DNA of 64,000 nucleotides from Candidatus Enterousia sp. (GTDB lineage Bacteria; Pseudomonadota; Alphaproteobacteria; Rs-D84): NCBI GenBank assembly GCA_045648885.1, contig JAZROV010000016.1, positions 3,902 to 67,901 of the forward strand, read 5' to 3'. Shown piece by piece: positions 56,703 to 64,000 of this stretch (position 1 is its first letter; each line of letters starts with the position of its first letter). The notes under the pieces were generated by a model. It saw only the letters and a program-made list of their open reading frames with translations, ran no database searches and was not told where the DNA came from. The position numbers and the translations under genes were made by a program.

Positions 56703-56846
56703 TTATTTTGGCATATTTCCAAAATTAGGCGGCACAATCAATTTATGATTTGATTCGACAATTGGTTCTTTTTCACATTTGCAAGAACAACCCGCAACAA
56801 CACAAACGACTGAACACAGCGCAACCAACAGAGCAATTTTTTTCAT
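56703..56846 (-). CDS. small lipoprotein (47 aa)
   Basis: Lipobox VAGC. AAAGGAAAGG RBS before the ATG at 56846. Confidence 0.45.
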   Translation of the reverse strand: MKKIALLVALCSVVCVVAGCSCKCEKEPIVESNHKLIVPPNFGNMPK

Positions 56847-56905
56847 AGACCTTTCCTTTTTTATGAATATTTGAATGGGGCGAAAACGCCCCACCCTGTT
56901 TTTTT

Positions 56906-58639
56906 TTATAACGGCAATTTAACCGCGTTTGCCATATATTCAACAAATTCAGACAACGGTTTAACATCTTGGCCATCGCGTCCCAGATAACGCAAAGTCA
57001 CCGTTTTATCATTCATTTCTTTTTCACCTACAACCGCGATAATCGGGGTCTTGGCCAACGACAATTCGCGAATTTTGTAATTTACTTTTTCATCCCTTAA
57101 ATCAGCACGCGCCCAAACACCACGATTACGCAACTGGTGAACAACAGATTCCGCATAATCTCTGTATTTTTCAGACACAGGCGCCACAACCACCGGCTCT
57201 GGCGACAACCAAAGCGGCAAATTACCACCTGTTGATTCCAGCAAAATACCAAAGAAACGTTCAATCGAACCCAACATTGCACGATGCAGCATAATTGGAC
57301 GATGTTTTTCACCATCTTCGCCGATATAAGACAAATCAAAACGTTCTGGCAAATTCATATCCAATTGCACAGTACCACATTGCCACACACGCCCCATAGA
57401 ATCTTTTAAGTAATTATCGATTTTCGGTCCGTAAAACGCAGCATCATTTTCTGCAATTTCATATTCAATACCGTTTTTATCCAACGCGTTTTTCAATGCG
57501 CCTTCGGCTTTGTCCCAGACTTCATCTGAACCAATTCTGAATTCAGACAATGGACGCGTTGCCAATTTCATCGTTATTTTTTCAAAACCGAATTTGCCAT
57601 AAATATCTTTGATAAAGCGTAAAATTTTAACAACTTCGCTTTCTAACTGTTCTTCGGTACAGAAAATATGGGCATCGTCTTGGGTAAATTCACGCACACG
57701 CAACAAACCAGACAACGCGCCGGCCGCTTCATAGCGATTTACCTTACCAAATTCAGCCAAATACAATGGCAAATCTTTGTATGATTTAATACCCTGGCCA
57801 AAAACCAACATTCCACCCGGACACGACATAGGTTTTACACAAAACACTTTGCCGTCTTGGGTTGTACCAGAATAATTATGCGCACCATATTTTGCCCAAT
57901 GCCCAGATTTTTCCCACAAGCATCTGTCCATAACAGATGGTGTAGAAATTTCCAAATATCCAGCGCGTTCTTGGCGCGACCGAATATATTCAATCAATTT
58001 ACGATAAATCTTGAAACCTTTGTCATGCCAAAACACAGCGCCTGGCGCATATTCTGGTTCAAAATGGAACAAATCCATATCTTTGCCCAATTTACGATTA
58101 TCGCGTTGCGCTGCTTCTTCTTGCTGTTTCAAAAATTCTGCTAATTCATCAGCAGATGCAAACGCATCAACATAAATACGTTGCAACATTTTGTTTTTGC
58201 TGTCGCCTTTCCAGTATGCACCTGCAACCGTTCTGATTTTGAACCCATCTTTTGGCAATTCTTTGGAACTTTCCACATGTGGCCCACGACACAGGTCTGT
58301 AAAATCGCGGAATTTATAAATCGACAACACTTCGCCATTGGCATCGTATTCATTTAACCATTCCATTTTGTATGGTTGGTCGCGGAATATTTCTTTGGCC
58401 TCTTCTAATGAAATTTCACGTCTTTCAAAACGGCCATCAGATTTTATCAAAGATTTCATTTCTTTTTCGATTGCTGCAAAATCTTCTTCGCTGAAACGAT
58501 GTTCAGTATCAAAATCGTAATAAAAACCATTTTCAATTGCCGGACCGCCCGCAAATTTCACATCTGGATATAATTTCTGCACTGCCGCCGCCATAACGTG
58601 TGCCAGCGAATGACGAATTAATTCTATTGGATAAGACAT
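56906..58639 (-). CDS. thrS: threonine--tRNA ligase lacking the N-terminal TGS domain
   Basis: Starts at the editing-domain HSLAHVMA block. Class II motifs and anticodon-binding domain are present. 577 aa. Confidence 0.9.
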   Translation of the reverse strand: MSYPIELIRHSLAHVMAAAVQKLYPDVKFAGGPAIENGFYYDFDTEHRFSEEDFAAIEKEMKSLIKSDGRFERREISLEEAKEIFRDQPYKMEWLNEYDANGEVLSIYKFRDFTDLCRGPHVESSKELPKDGFKIRTVAGAYWKGDSKNKMLQRIYVDAFASADELAEFLKQQEEAAQRDNRKLGKDMDLFHFEPEYAPGAVFWHDKGFKIYRKLIEYIRSRQERAGYLEISTPSVMDRCLWEKSGHWAKYGAHNYSGTTQDGKVFCVKPMSCPGGMLVFGQGIKSYKDLPLYLAEFGKVNRYEAAGALSGLLRVREFTQDDAHIFCTEEQLESEVVKILRFIKDIYGKFGFEKITMKLATRPLSEFRIGSDEVWDKAEGALKNALDKNGIEYEIAENDAAFYGPKIDNYLKDSMGRVWQCGTVQLDMNLPERFDLSYIGEDGEKHRPIMLHRAMLGSIERFFGILLESTGGNLPLWLSPEPVVVAPVSEKYRDYAESVVHQLRNRGVWARADLRDEKVNYKIRELSLAKTPIIAVVGEKEMNDKTVTLRYLGRDGQDVKPLSEFVEYMANAVKLPL

Positions 58640-58787
58640 AATAAATACCTTTTTTGTTTTTTTATTTTTCTAATAGCTTGCTTATTTTAATACGCGCGGA
58701 AATTTTGCGCAAATGAAATCTTATACCCCCAAAGGGGTTGTAGTTACAGTCGCTGTGAAAATAAATAATTTATAAAACATGCTTGCT

Positions 58788-58816
58788 ATTTTAATACTAT
58801 GAAAAACAAAAGTCAA
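58788..58816 (-). promoter_or_regulatory. promoter TTGACT-N17-TAAAAT (minus strand) for thrS
   Basis: Counted directly. A second, weaker copy (TTGCGC-N17-TAAAAT) lies at 58684-58712 within a repeated 17/18-nt motif. Confidence 0.5.
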
Positions 58817-58844
58817 AAAAAATCGCCCAAACGGGCGATTTTTC
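58815..58844 (-). terminator. rho-independent terminator
   Basis: ATCGCCC-AAAC-GGGCGAT, followed by T8 on the minus strand, after the TPR gene. Confidence 0.8.
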
Positions 58845-58854
58845 TGTCTTTATC

Positions 58855-59823
58855 TTAATTCAAACCATTTATCAGATTTTGAATTCGATTCATACTTTCT
58901 TCGTCATTCAACGCGACAGCAATAGTAAATGCCGCCTCTAAATCTTTTTTCGCTGCATCTGTATCGCCCAAATTCAAATGCAATGCCGCAGATTTTTCAA
59001 AATAAGACATCGCATTACTAGATTGCGCTTCGCGTTCATCTTGCGTTGGCGCCGCCTGAATTTGTTCAGAAATCACACGTATCGCAGATGTATAATCATT
59101 GATAGCATTTTGATATTCGCCCAACGCAGTGTACGCTTCGGCGCGTTCTGCATAAACATTTGCAGAAATGCTGCCTTCATCACGCGCCAATGAATTTGTA
59201 TAATCTGCAATCGCACCCTGCCAATTTTTAGCCCACAAATTCAATTGCCCACGTTTTGCATACAAATTGCGCATTGATAAAATATCAGACGGACGCATTG
59301 ATTGTGCCGCCAACGCATTGTTGATATCATTCAACGCAGCGTCATTATTTTCCAAACGCATATGCAACAGCGCACGATCATAAAACGCAACTGCATTCAT
59401 AGAATCAATTTCTATGGCCGAATTAAAATCATCCAACGCTTTTTGATAATCGCCAGTTTGCATATAAATTTCACCGCGCAGTGTATAATTATCAGATGTT
59501 GCGTTCGCCGCAATAGCCGAATTCATGTCAACAATAGCCGCATCCATATCGCCATTCGCCAAATTTTCTTTGGCAGAATCCATATAATCATTACCCTGCA
59601 TTAATCTTTCTTCGGCAATTACACGATGAGACGACGGATGCAAAAATTCATGACTGCGTCCCAAAAGATAAAATGTTGCCGCGATAAAGAACAAAATAAT
59701 GAACCAATAGACATAAATAGTCCATGACCAAACACTGGATGCACCGCAGCATGTTTCTTTTTCAACAGCGCGTTTTGCAACCATTTTTGTTCCGTTTCTT
59801 TTAACTGTTTTTGTTTTTTTCAT
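58855..59823 (-). CDS. membrane-anchored tetratricopeptide-repeat protein
   Basis: Basic N-terminus, one TM, then about 7 TPR-like 34-aa units (A..Y..RG..Y...G.Y..A..D...A). Confidence 0.7.
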   Translation of the reverse strand: MKKTKTVKRNGTKMVAKRAVEKETCCGASSVWSWTIYVYWFIILFFIAATFYLLGRSHEFLHPSSHRVIAEERLMQGNDYMDSAKENLANGDMDAAIVDMNSAIAANATSDNYTLRGEIYMQTGDYQKALDDFNSAIEIDSMNAVAFYDRALLHMRLENNDAALNDINNALAAQSMRPSDILSMRNLYAKRGQLNLWAKNWQGAIADYTNSLARDEGSISANVYAERAEAYTALGEYQNAINDYTSAIRVISEQIQAAPTQDEREAQSSNAMSYFEKSAALHLNLGDTDAAKKDLEAAFTIAVALNDEESMNRIQNLINGLN

Positions 59824-59856
59824 GGTAGATCTCCCTTCCCCTGTATATTTGTGATT

Positions 59857-60555
59857 TTAAAGATTTTTTAATATCGCGTCAATTGTTTTCTTATCAATCT
59901 CTAATATTTTTCCAACACCCAATTTTCCCAGGCTTATCGCGCCATATTTCACACGATGCAACGCAACGATTGGTGATTTAACATGTTTAAAAACTATTCT
60001 GATTTCGTTTTTTTTGCCTTCGATAACAGTAATCGACAAATTGTGTTCATCTAAAACTTTGACATCCATCGGACGATATTTAACCCCATCAATCGTGACG
60101 CCACGACGCGCAATATTTAACCCATGTTCTGTCCAATTATTCACAGTCGCAATATATGTCCGCGGTATATGATTTTCAGGCAAAGACAATTTACGTGCAA
60201 AATCACCGTTATTGGTCAGCAATAATAAACCACTGGTTTTGAAATCTAGCCGTCCAATATATTTTAAATTTTGATATTTTTTATCCAACGCATCATATAT
60301 AGTGCGCCGTCCATCTGGATCATGCGTCGTCGTCACGGTATTTATAGGTTTATGAAACATATATAATTTAATTTCATTTTCTTTATGTATCTTTTTACCA
60401 TTTATATATATATCATCATTTTCATCTACAAAAAACACGGGTGTATCAACAACATTCCCATTCACTGAAACTGCGCCAGATTTTATTAAATCTTCAGCCC
60501 TGCGCCGCGAAGCCACACCACAATCTGCTATAAATTTTGCCAATCTTTGTTTCAT
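59857..60555 (-). CDS. RsuA/RluB-family pseudouridine synthase
   Basis: S4 domain (RLAKFIADCGVASRR), catalytic GRLDFKTSGLLLLTNNG. Confidence 0.85.
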   Translation of the reverse strand: MKQRLAKFIADCGVASRRRAEDLIKSGAVSVNGNVVDTPVFFVDENDDIYINGKKIHKENEIKLYMFHKPINTVTTTHDPDGRRTIYDALDKKYQNLKYIGRLDFKTSGLLLLTNNGDFARKLSLPENHIPRTYIATVNNWTEHGLNIARRGVTIDGVKYRPMDVKVLDEHNLSITVIEGKKNEIRIVFKHVKSPIVALHRVKYGAISLGKLGVGKILEIDKKTIDAILKNL

Positions 60556-61211
60556 TTATTTAAAACCCGAGCTATTGCGACCACGGCCGCCGTTTCAGCA
60601 CGCAAAACCGTATTCCCCAACGATAATTTTCCGCATTTTGAACTATCAATTTTTTCGAATTCAGATTCTGAAAAACCACCCTCAGGCCCGATTAAAATTT
60701 TCGAATACGATTTATTATCATCAATTACATTTTTTCCATGTGCGGCACGTTCATCGGCGACAATCGTATCTGATAAATCAAAATCTTCAAATTTTATTGG
60801 CTCTAATAATTTGGGTACACTGTTACGACCAGATTGTTCAGACGCCTCTATAATTATTTTTTGCATACGCGTCCAATTTATATGATGTGCAACCGTCCGC
60901 GCGGTTATAACGGGCTGGAACGATGCGATTCCCATCTGGGTTGCCATATTTAATAAATCTTCAATTTTTTTAATTGGTGCAAAACCAAGCATTAAATTAT
61001 TCGACGGGTCAATATGGTCTGTTTTTTCACCTAAAACAATAAATTTATTGTCGTCAGATAATTTTGCAGTATATTCCACCCCATTATTGAACACCAGACA
61101 ATCATCACGACGCATCACACGGCGCAAATAATGAACAACATCTTTATCTATCGGGAAAGATTTTTGCGCCGCCAAATTTTCATTTAAAAAAATTCTTGGT
61201 ATATTTTGCAT
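60552..61211 (-). CDS. rsmE: 16S rRNA (uracil1498-N3)-methyltransferase
   Basis: IGPEGGFSE and SLG..VLRAETA SPOUT motifs. Confidence 0.85.
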   Translation of the reverse strand: MQNIPRIFLNENLAAQKSFPIDKDVVHYLRRVMRRDDCLVFNNGVEYTAKLSDDNKFIVLGEKTDHIDPSNNLMLGFAPIKKIEDLLNMATQMGIASFQPVITARTVAHHINWTRMQKIIIEASEQSGRNSVPKLLEPIKFEDFDLSDTIVADERAAHGKNVIDDNKSYSKILIGPEGGFSESEFEKIDSSKCGKLSLGNTVLRAETAAVVAIARVLNK

Positions 61212-61230
61212 TTTTTTAATCTCTGTTTTG

Positions 61231-61239
61231 TGATATAAT
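61231..61239 (+). promoter_or_regulatory. extended -10 promoter TGATATAAT placed 7 nt before the T4CP ATG (leaderless arrangement)
   Basis: TGnTATAAT at 61231-61239 and ATG at 61247. There is no room for an SD. Confidence 0.5.
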
Positions 61240-61246
61240 ATCAGTC

Positions 61247-63505
61247 ATGGCAAGAAAGTTCAACATTTTCTCGAGCAGTGATTCCGGCAAAGGTTTAAAA
61301 ATCTTTGATTCCAGTGCATACAAAGAACACGAACGAACGCCAATGGCGCGAAAATTCTGGGAATTACGCTGGGATGTCATTATATGGCTGTTGTGTGCAT
61401 TGGCATTTGCTGCATCTTTTATAATAGAACATATATGGCGATACGGATGGGGGCCGGCCAGTGAACATTGGATAAACCTTTATACACGAAATATGTTAAG
61501 AACTGGCGGTTTATCAGTGGTTGCTGAAATTCCGTATTGGCTTTCGCGAACATTTATGCATACTGATTACGCGTGTCTGGCACCACTGTTTCCGATTATC
61601 GCGTACTATTTTCTGGCGGACGACAATTTCAAAAGCGAATTTAACCCGCACAGCAAAGATAAATACGAAGAAAAATCTTCCCGCAAAGCAACTGCCGATG
61701 ACATTAAACAAATGGGCACAGACCACAAAAACAAAGAAGGCCTTTTCCATGGCTTTATGATGGTGTTGGGATATTTTAAATACAAAGGCAAACCAACCCC
61801 ATTGATGATGGATGAATCTTTATCGACACTGTGTGTGGCACCTCCAGGTACTGGTAAAACCGCAGGTGTAGTAATACCCACAATTTTAGATTGCGATACA
61901 GTTTCCATGATTATCAACGACCCAAAACCAGAATTAAAGCAAAAAACTTCTGCATATCGCGCAAAGATTGGTCCTGTGTTTATCATGAATTGGGCGGGCC
62001 AGGATGATCCCGAACGTGGAATATATTACCCATCATGGAATCCGCTGTCCCCCGAACACGTTCCATACAACCCGGAACAGCGCGATTTGTATATTGATTC
62101 TATATGTAAAGTCTTGGTTCAAGACACGGTCCAAGATCCGCACTGGGGAAACACAGGTCGCGCAGGTTTGGCAGGATTGATTCATTTCATAGTTTCAAAA
62201 GTTGAACGCGCCAAAGCAGACGATTATTTTTATGCCCGAATAAACAACGGAACATTTAATTCAGACGACGCAGCGGTATTGGGTGATTATTATTTATCGA
62301 TGATGAATGATCCGAATGCGTACGCGGCGTATTCCCTATTGCAAAAAGGCGAATTGAATGCGATGAATTATGTCCACGTTGGAACATGGGCAAATATTCC
62401 AGACGCATGGCGTGGCAAAGAGGCATCGCTTTCCATGATTCTTGATTGGGTCACATCCAGCCAGGTTGCCATCGCCGAACAAATAGCAGAACGCCGTCGC
62501 CAGGGTGATCAAATGGTAATGATGGCCGACCCAATGAAAGATTTATTATTAAACGCGGTTGAAGAAGCACGCCGCTATTCATACGCACATCGTTCTGTGT
62601 CTGAATTGACACAATTGGCGAACACACCTGACAAAGAACGTGGTTCAATTTTATCAACGATGATGGAAGGTCTGGCTATATTCCGCAATGCCGCAGTCCG
62701 CAATCGAACCAGTCATTCTGATTTTCATTTTTCAGACCTGCGCGGATTAAAAGACCCACGCGACGGAAAAATCAAACCGGTCAGCGTTTATTTATCTGTG
62801 AATATGGTCGATGCCCAGGCAGTCAATCCCATTACTGCAATCTTTATTGAATTGATGTCCAGTTATTTATTAGCGCATACCCCCGATTCTTTGGTAGACG
62901 GCCAGCGTGTCGGTCCGTACCCTGTATTATTTGTATTGGATGAAATGCCGAAAATGCAAAAACTGGATGCGGTTATCCAGGGTCCTGATCTTGGACGTGG
63001 CTGCAAAGTATCTTATTTAATCATTGGTCAAGACATTCACCAAATTCGCGAAAAATACGGCGAAGACGCCGCATCTACAATTATATCTACAACTGCGGCC
63101 AAAGTAGTTTTGCGGCAAAACGATCCAGAAACCGCCGAAAGATTTTCTAAGATGATGGGGTTGAAACAAACCAAAAAAACAGAAGAAAAAGATGGCAAGA
63201 AAGTCGAAGTTCCAAAAGAAGAACCTCTTTACAGCGAAATGGATATTATGAAACTGGCCGACGGGAAACAATTGGTTATTTATCAGGGCTGGTACCATCG
63301 TCCAATTGAAGCAGACCAAGAAAGATACTTTGAAAACAAAACACCGGTTGAAAAGAAATTACATGAAAAAGTAATGATGGGTGAAACAACGCCTTTGCCT
63401 GAATTTTTAATTCCGTCTCATCACGCGATTATGGGATTCGAAGGCGCGCCCCGCATGTATAATCCACAAACCAAAGAAATCAAAATTTTGGAACCGCTGA
63501 AATAA
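61247..63505 (+). CDS. type IV secretion coupling protein (VirD4/TraG family)
   Basis: N-terminal TM segments, Walker A VAPPGTGKTAG, Walker B VLFVLDEMPK, IIGQDIHQIREKYG...VVLRQND. 752 aa. An alternative start is Met33 at 61343. Confidence 0.85.
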   Translation: MARKFNIFSSSDSGKGLKIFDSSAYKEHERTPMARKFWELRWDVIIWLLCALAFAASFIIEHIWRYGWGPASEHWINLYTRNMLRTGGLSVVAEIPYWLSRTFMHTDYACLAPLFPIIAYYFLADDNFKSEFNPHSKDKYEEKSSRKATADDIKQMGTDHKNKEGLFHGFMMVLGYFKYKGKPTPLMMDESLSTLCVAPPGTGKTAGVVIPTILDCDTVSMIINDPKPELKQKTSAYRAKIGPVFIMNWAGQDDPERGIYYPSWNPLSPEHVPYNPEQRDLYIDSICKVLVQDTVQDPHWGNTGRAGLAGLIHFIVSKVERAKADDYFYARINNGTFNSDDAAVLGDYYLSMMNDPNAYAAYSLLQKGELNAMNYVHVGTWANIPDAWRGKEASLSMILDWVTSSQVAIAEQIAERRRQGDQMVMMADPMKDLLLNAVEEARRYSYAHRSVSELTQLANTPDKERGSILSTMMEGLAIFRNAAVRNRTSHSDFHFSDLRGLKDPRDGKIKPVSVYLSVNMVDAQAVNPITAIFIELMSSYLLAHTPDSLVDGQRVGPYPVLFVLDEMPKMQKLDAVIQGPDLGRGCKVSYLIIGQDIHQIREKYGEDAASTIISTTAAKVVLRQNDPETAERFSKMMGLKQTKKTEEKDGKKVEVPKEEPLYSEMDIMKLADGKQLVIYQGWYHRPIEADQERYFENKTPVEKKLHEKVMMGETTPLPEFLIPSHHAIMGFEGAPRMYNPQTKEIKILEPLK

Positions 63506-63517
63506 ATTAAAATTATA

Positions 63518-64000
63518 ATGCGAAAAATAATCTGTATTTGTTTGTTATTTTTGAACGCCTGCGCAGCGACCATGCAATCACATCTGGATAAAATTCAAAA
63601 CGATTTTGCGAATGGAAATTTTGAAAACGAAACAAAAGATATAGATATAAAAACTGCGAACAATCTTGATTTATTAATAGACGCAACCGCCCTGTTCCAT
63701 GAAAATAAATTCCGCGAATCGGATGCGGCTTTTGAAGAATTCAACAAACGAAACATATCTGAAACTTCGTCATCGGTTTCCCGCGAAACGACCGCCCTGC
63801 TTTTTGGTGGCGGTGTAAATTCATATAAGCCATACATGATGGATTCGCTTTTTGTATCGTATTACCAGATTTGGAATTTACTGGCACTGAACGATTGGTC
63901 GAACGCACGCGTGGTCATCAATCAATCATACGAGCGACAAAAAAATATGTCGATAGAATATGAAAAATTAGTGGCCGAAAACAAAACGAAACTCGCAAAC
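63518..64000 (+). CDS. hypothetical lipoprotein (5' partial view, runs off the window)
   Basis: Not in the ORF track. Hand translation gives MRKIICICLLFLNAC|AATMQSHLDK... with no stop through 64000. Lipobox LNAC. Starts 13 nt after the T4CP stop. Confidence 0.6.
   Translation, partial: MRKIICICLLFLNACAATMQSHLDKIQNDFANGNFENETKDIDIKTANNLDLLIDATALFHENKFRESDAAFEEFNKRNISETSSSVSRETTALLFGGGVNSYKPYMMDSLFVSYYQIWNLLALNDWSNARVVINQSYERQKNMSIEYEKLVAENKTKLAN

Noticed and set aside
56074-56748. 224-aa plus-strand ORF (Gly/Ala/Thr-rich)
   Set aside because: It is antisense to the Pro/Lys/Val-rich linker of the SPOR protein, a composition artefact. It has no RBS, and the minus-strand gene has a clear SPOR domain.
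56877-56910. Hairpin GGGGCG-AAAA-CGCCCC after thrS as its terminator
   Set aside because: On the minus strand (thrS sense) the stem is not followed by a U-tract. The T-run lies on the plus strand, where no gene ends. It may still act as a weak bidirectional terminator, so it was left unannotated.

Overview
AT-rich (about 38-40% GC by eye), gene-dense chromosomal segment from a Gram-negative bacterium. It is probably a reduced-genome alphaproteobacterium, inferred from uvrC-pgsA synteny, GatCAB dependence, compact housekeeping proteins and the Tol/Lol/Tat/AsmA envelope genes. About 70 CDS and 2 tRNAs are supportable. Most are core functions: plsC, tolB, fba, efp, dnaN, rluC, uvrC, pgsA, parE, dnaJ, dnaA, dprA, plsY, rpsT, sufBC, ruvX, gatCAB, miaB, tcdA, tatD, tatABC, lolA, nrnA, recJ, ftsI/ftsL, sufE/sufT/sufS, trxA, dksA, thrS, rsmE and pseudouridine synthases. 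No IS elements, integrases, CRISPR arrays or rRNA genes were seen. The non-core content is the interesting part. (1) Five tandem type-IV-pilin-like paralogues carry an unusual G|RSM(I/V)E prepilin motif. (2) A separate two-gene operon encodes a TcpQ/PilL-like protein and a lipoprotein secretin. (3) A PcfJ-like/leucine-rich-repeat protein is built from twelve 63-bp tandem units. (4) An orphan VirD4/TraG-type coupling protein appears to have a leaderless start, and a VirB2/TrbC-like small membrane protein lies 58 kb away. (5) An orphan BrnA-like RHH gene is present. (6) Several unknown small ORFs and an antisense tRNA-Phe are wedged into the gatCAB-miaB operon. (7) Two secreted proteins share a glycine-zipper motif. 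All functional calls come from motif recognition by eye. No database search was run.
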